From an uncultured Candidatus Berkelbacteria bacterium (GTDB lineage: Bacteria > Patescibacteriota > UBA1384 > UBA12157), in NCBI GenBank assembly GCA_903877885.1, contig CAIRFN010000007.1, positions 111-64,110 of the forward strand: a stretch of 64,000 bases of DNA, written 5' to 3'. A program made the position numbers and the translations under genes. Below, one piece after another: positions 63,938 to 64,000 of this stretch. Position 1 is the first letter of the stretch. The number at the start of each line of letters is the position of its first letter. The notes beneath the pieces were generated by a model, which saw only the letters and a program-made list of their open reading frames with translations, searched no databases and was not told the DNA's origin.

Positions 63938-64000
63938 CCCCTCCCTTTTTAGTTCGTCACCACTTTGTCCTTATATTTAGTATATTATAAATAAAGATTT

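Noticed and set aside
1-64000. CRISPR arrays, tRNA or rRNA genes.
   Set aside because: No regularly spaced direct repeats with unique spacers were seen. No GTTCGAATCC-type T-arm or cloverleaf-compatible segments occur in intergenic regions. The repeat families found are palindromic and lack spacers.

Overview
This 64-kb window looks like a chromosomal segment of a small-genome, low-GC bacterium. The compact gene packing, the extended ribosomal proteins and the type IV pilus content suggest a Patescibacteria/CPR-like lineage, but that is an inference from gene content only. No rRNA, tRNA or CRISPR array is evident.

The window divides into the following blocks:

- **1-5.4 kb:** a DUF2130-like gene, a small GIY-YIG nuclease gene exactly bracketed by inverted palindromic repeats, a repeat-invaded amidohydrolase gene, and a UvrD-helicase/Cas4-like nuclease fusion.
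- **5.4-13.4 kb (+ strand):** a tight housekeeping operon, in order: polysaccharide deacetylase, rluA-like, gmk, NUDIX, MBL hydrolase, NUDIX, manC, secD, secF.
- **14.0-20.4 kb (- strand):** an operon with two paralogous, membrane-anchored TraG/VirD4-like (type IV coupling protein, T4CP-like) ATPases of 941 and 838 aa, a 170-aa protein between them, and a Pro-rich protein upstream.
- **20.5-29.0 kb:** tgt, then rplL-rplJ and rplA separated by an inserted, GC-richer three-gene island (a MerR-like HTH protein plus two paralogous small proteins), then pth, ybaB and prfB.
- **29.0-33.5 kb:** a GC-richer island of secreted/surface proteins, including an LPXTG-anchored Asn/Ser-rich protein.
- **33.7-48.2 kb:** cysS, recR, two small promoter-gene-terminator cassettes, topA, dprA, a candidate ncRNA locus, yrdC/tsaC, rplK, nusG, secE, rplU, rodA/ftsW, ileS and rnhA.
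- **48.3-63.9 kb (- strand):** a PaaX-like regulator flanked by palindromic operator-like sites, followed by a complete type IV pilus locus (pilB, pilT, pilC, pilA, a pilin-like gene, pilD, four minor pilins) that continues into three giant secreted Ig-like proteins, one carrying a vWA domain.

The main finding is a family of short palindromic intergenic repeats, at least 14 copies of types A and B, often fused as A+B units. They have conserved termini and variable palindromic cores with compensatory changes. The strongest candidates for a previously undescribed system are the tandem T4CP-like ATPase operon and the pilus-adhesin locus with its repeat punctuation.
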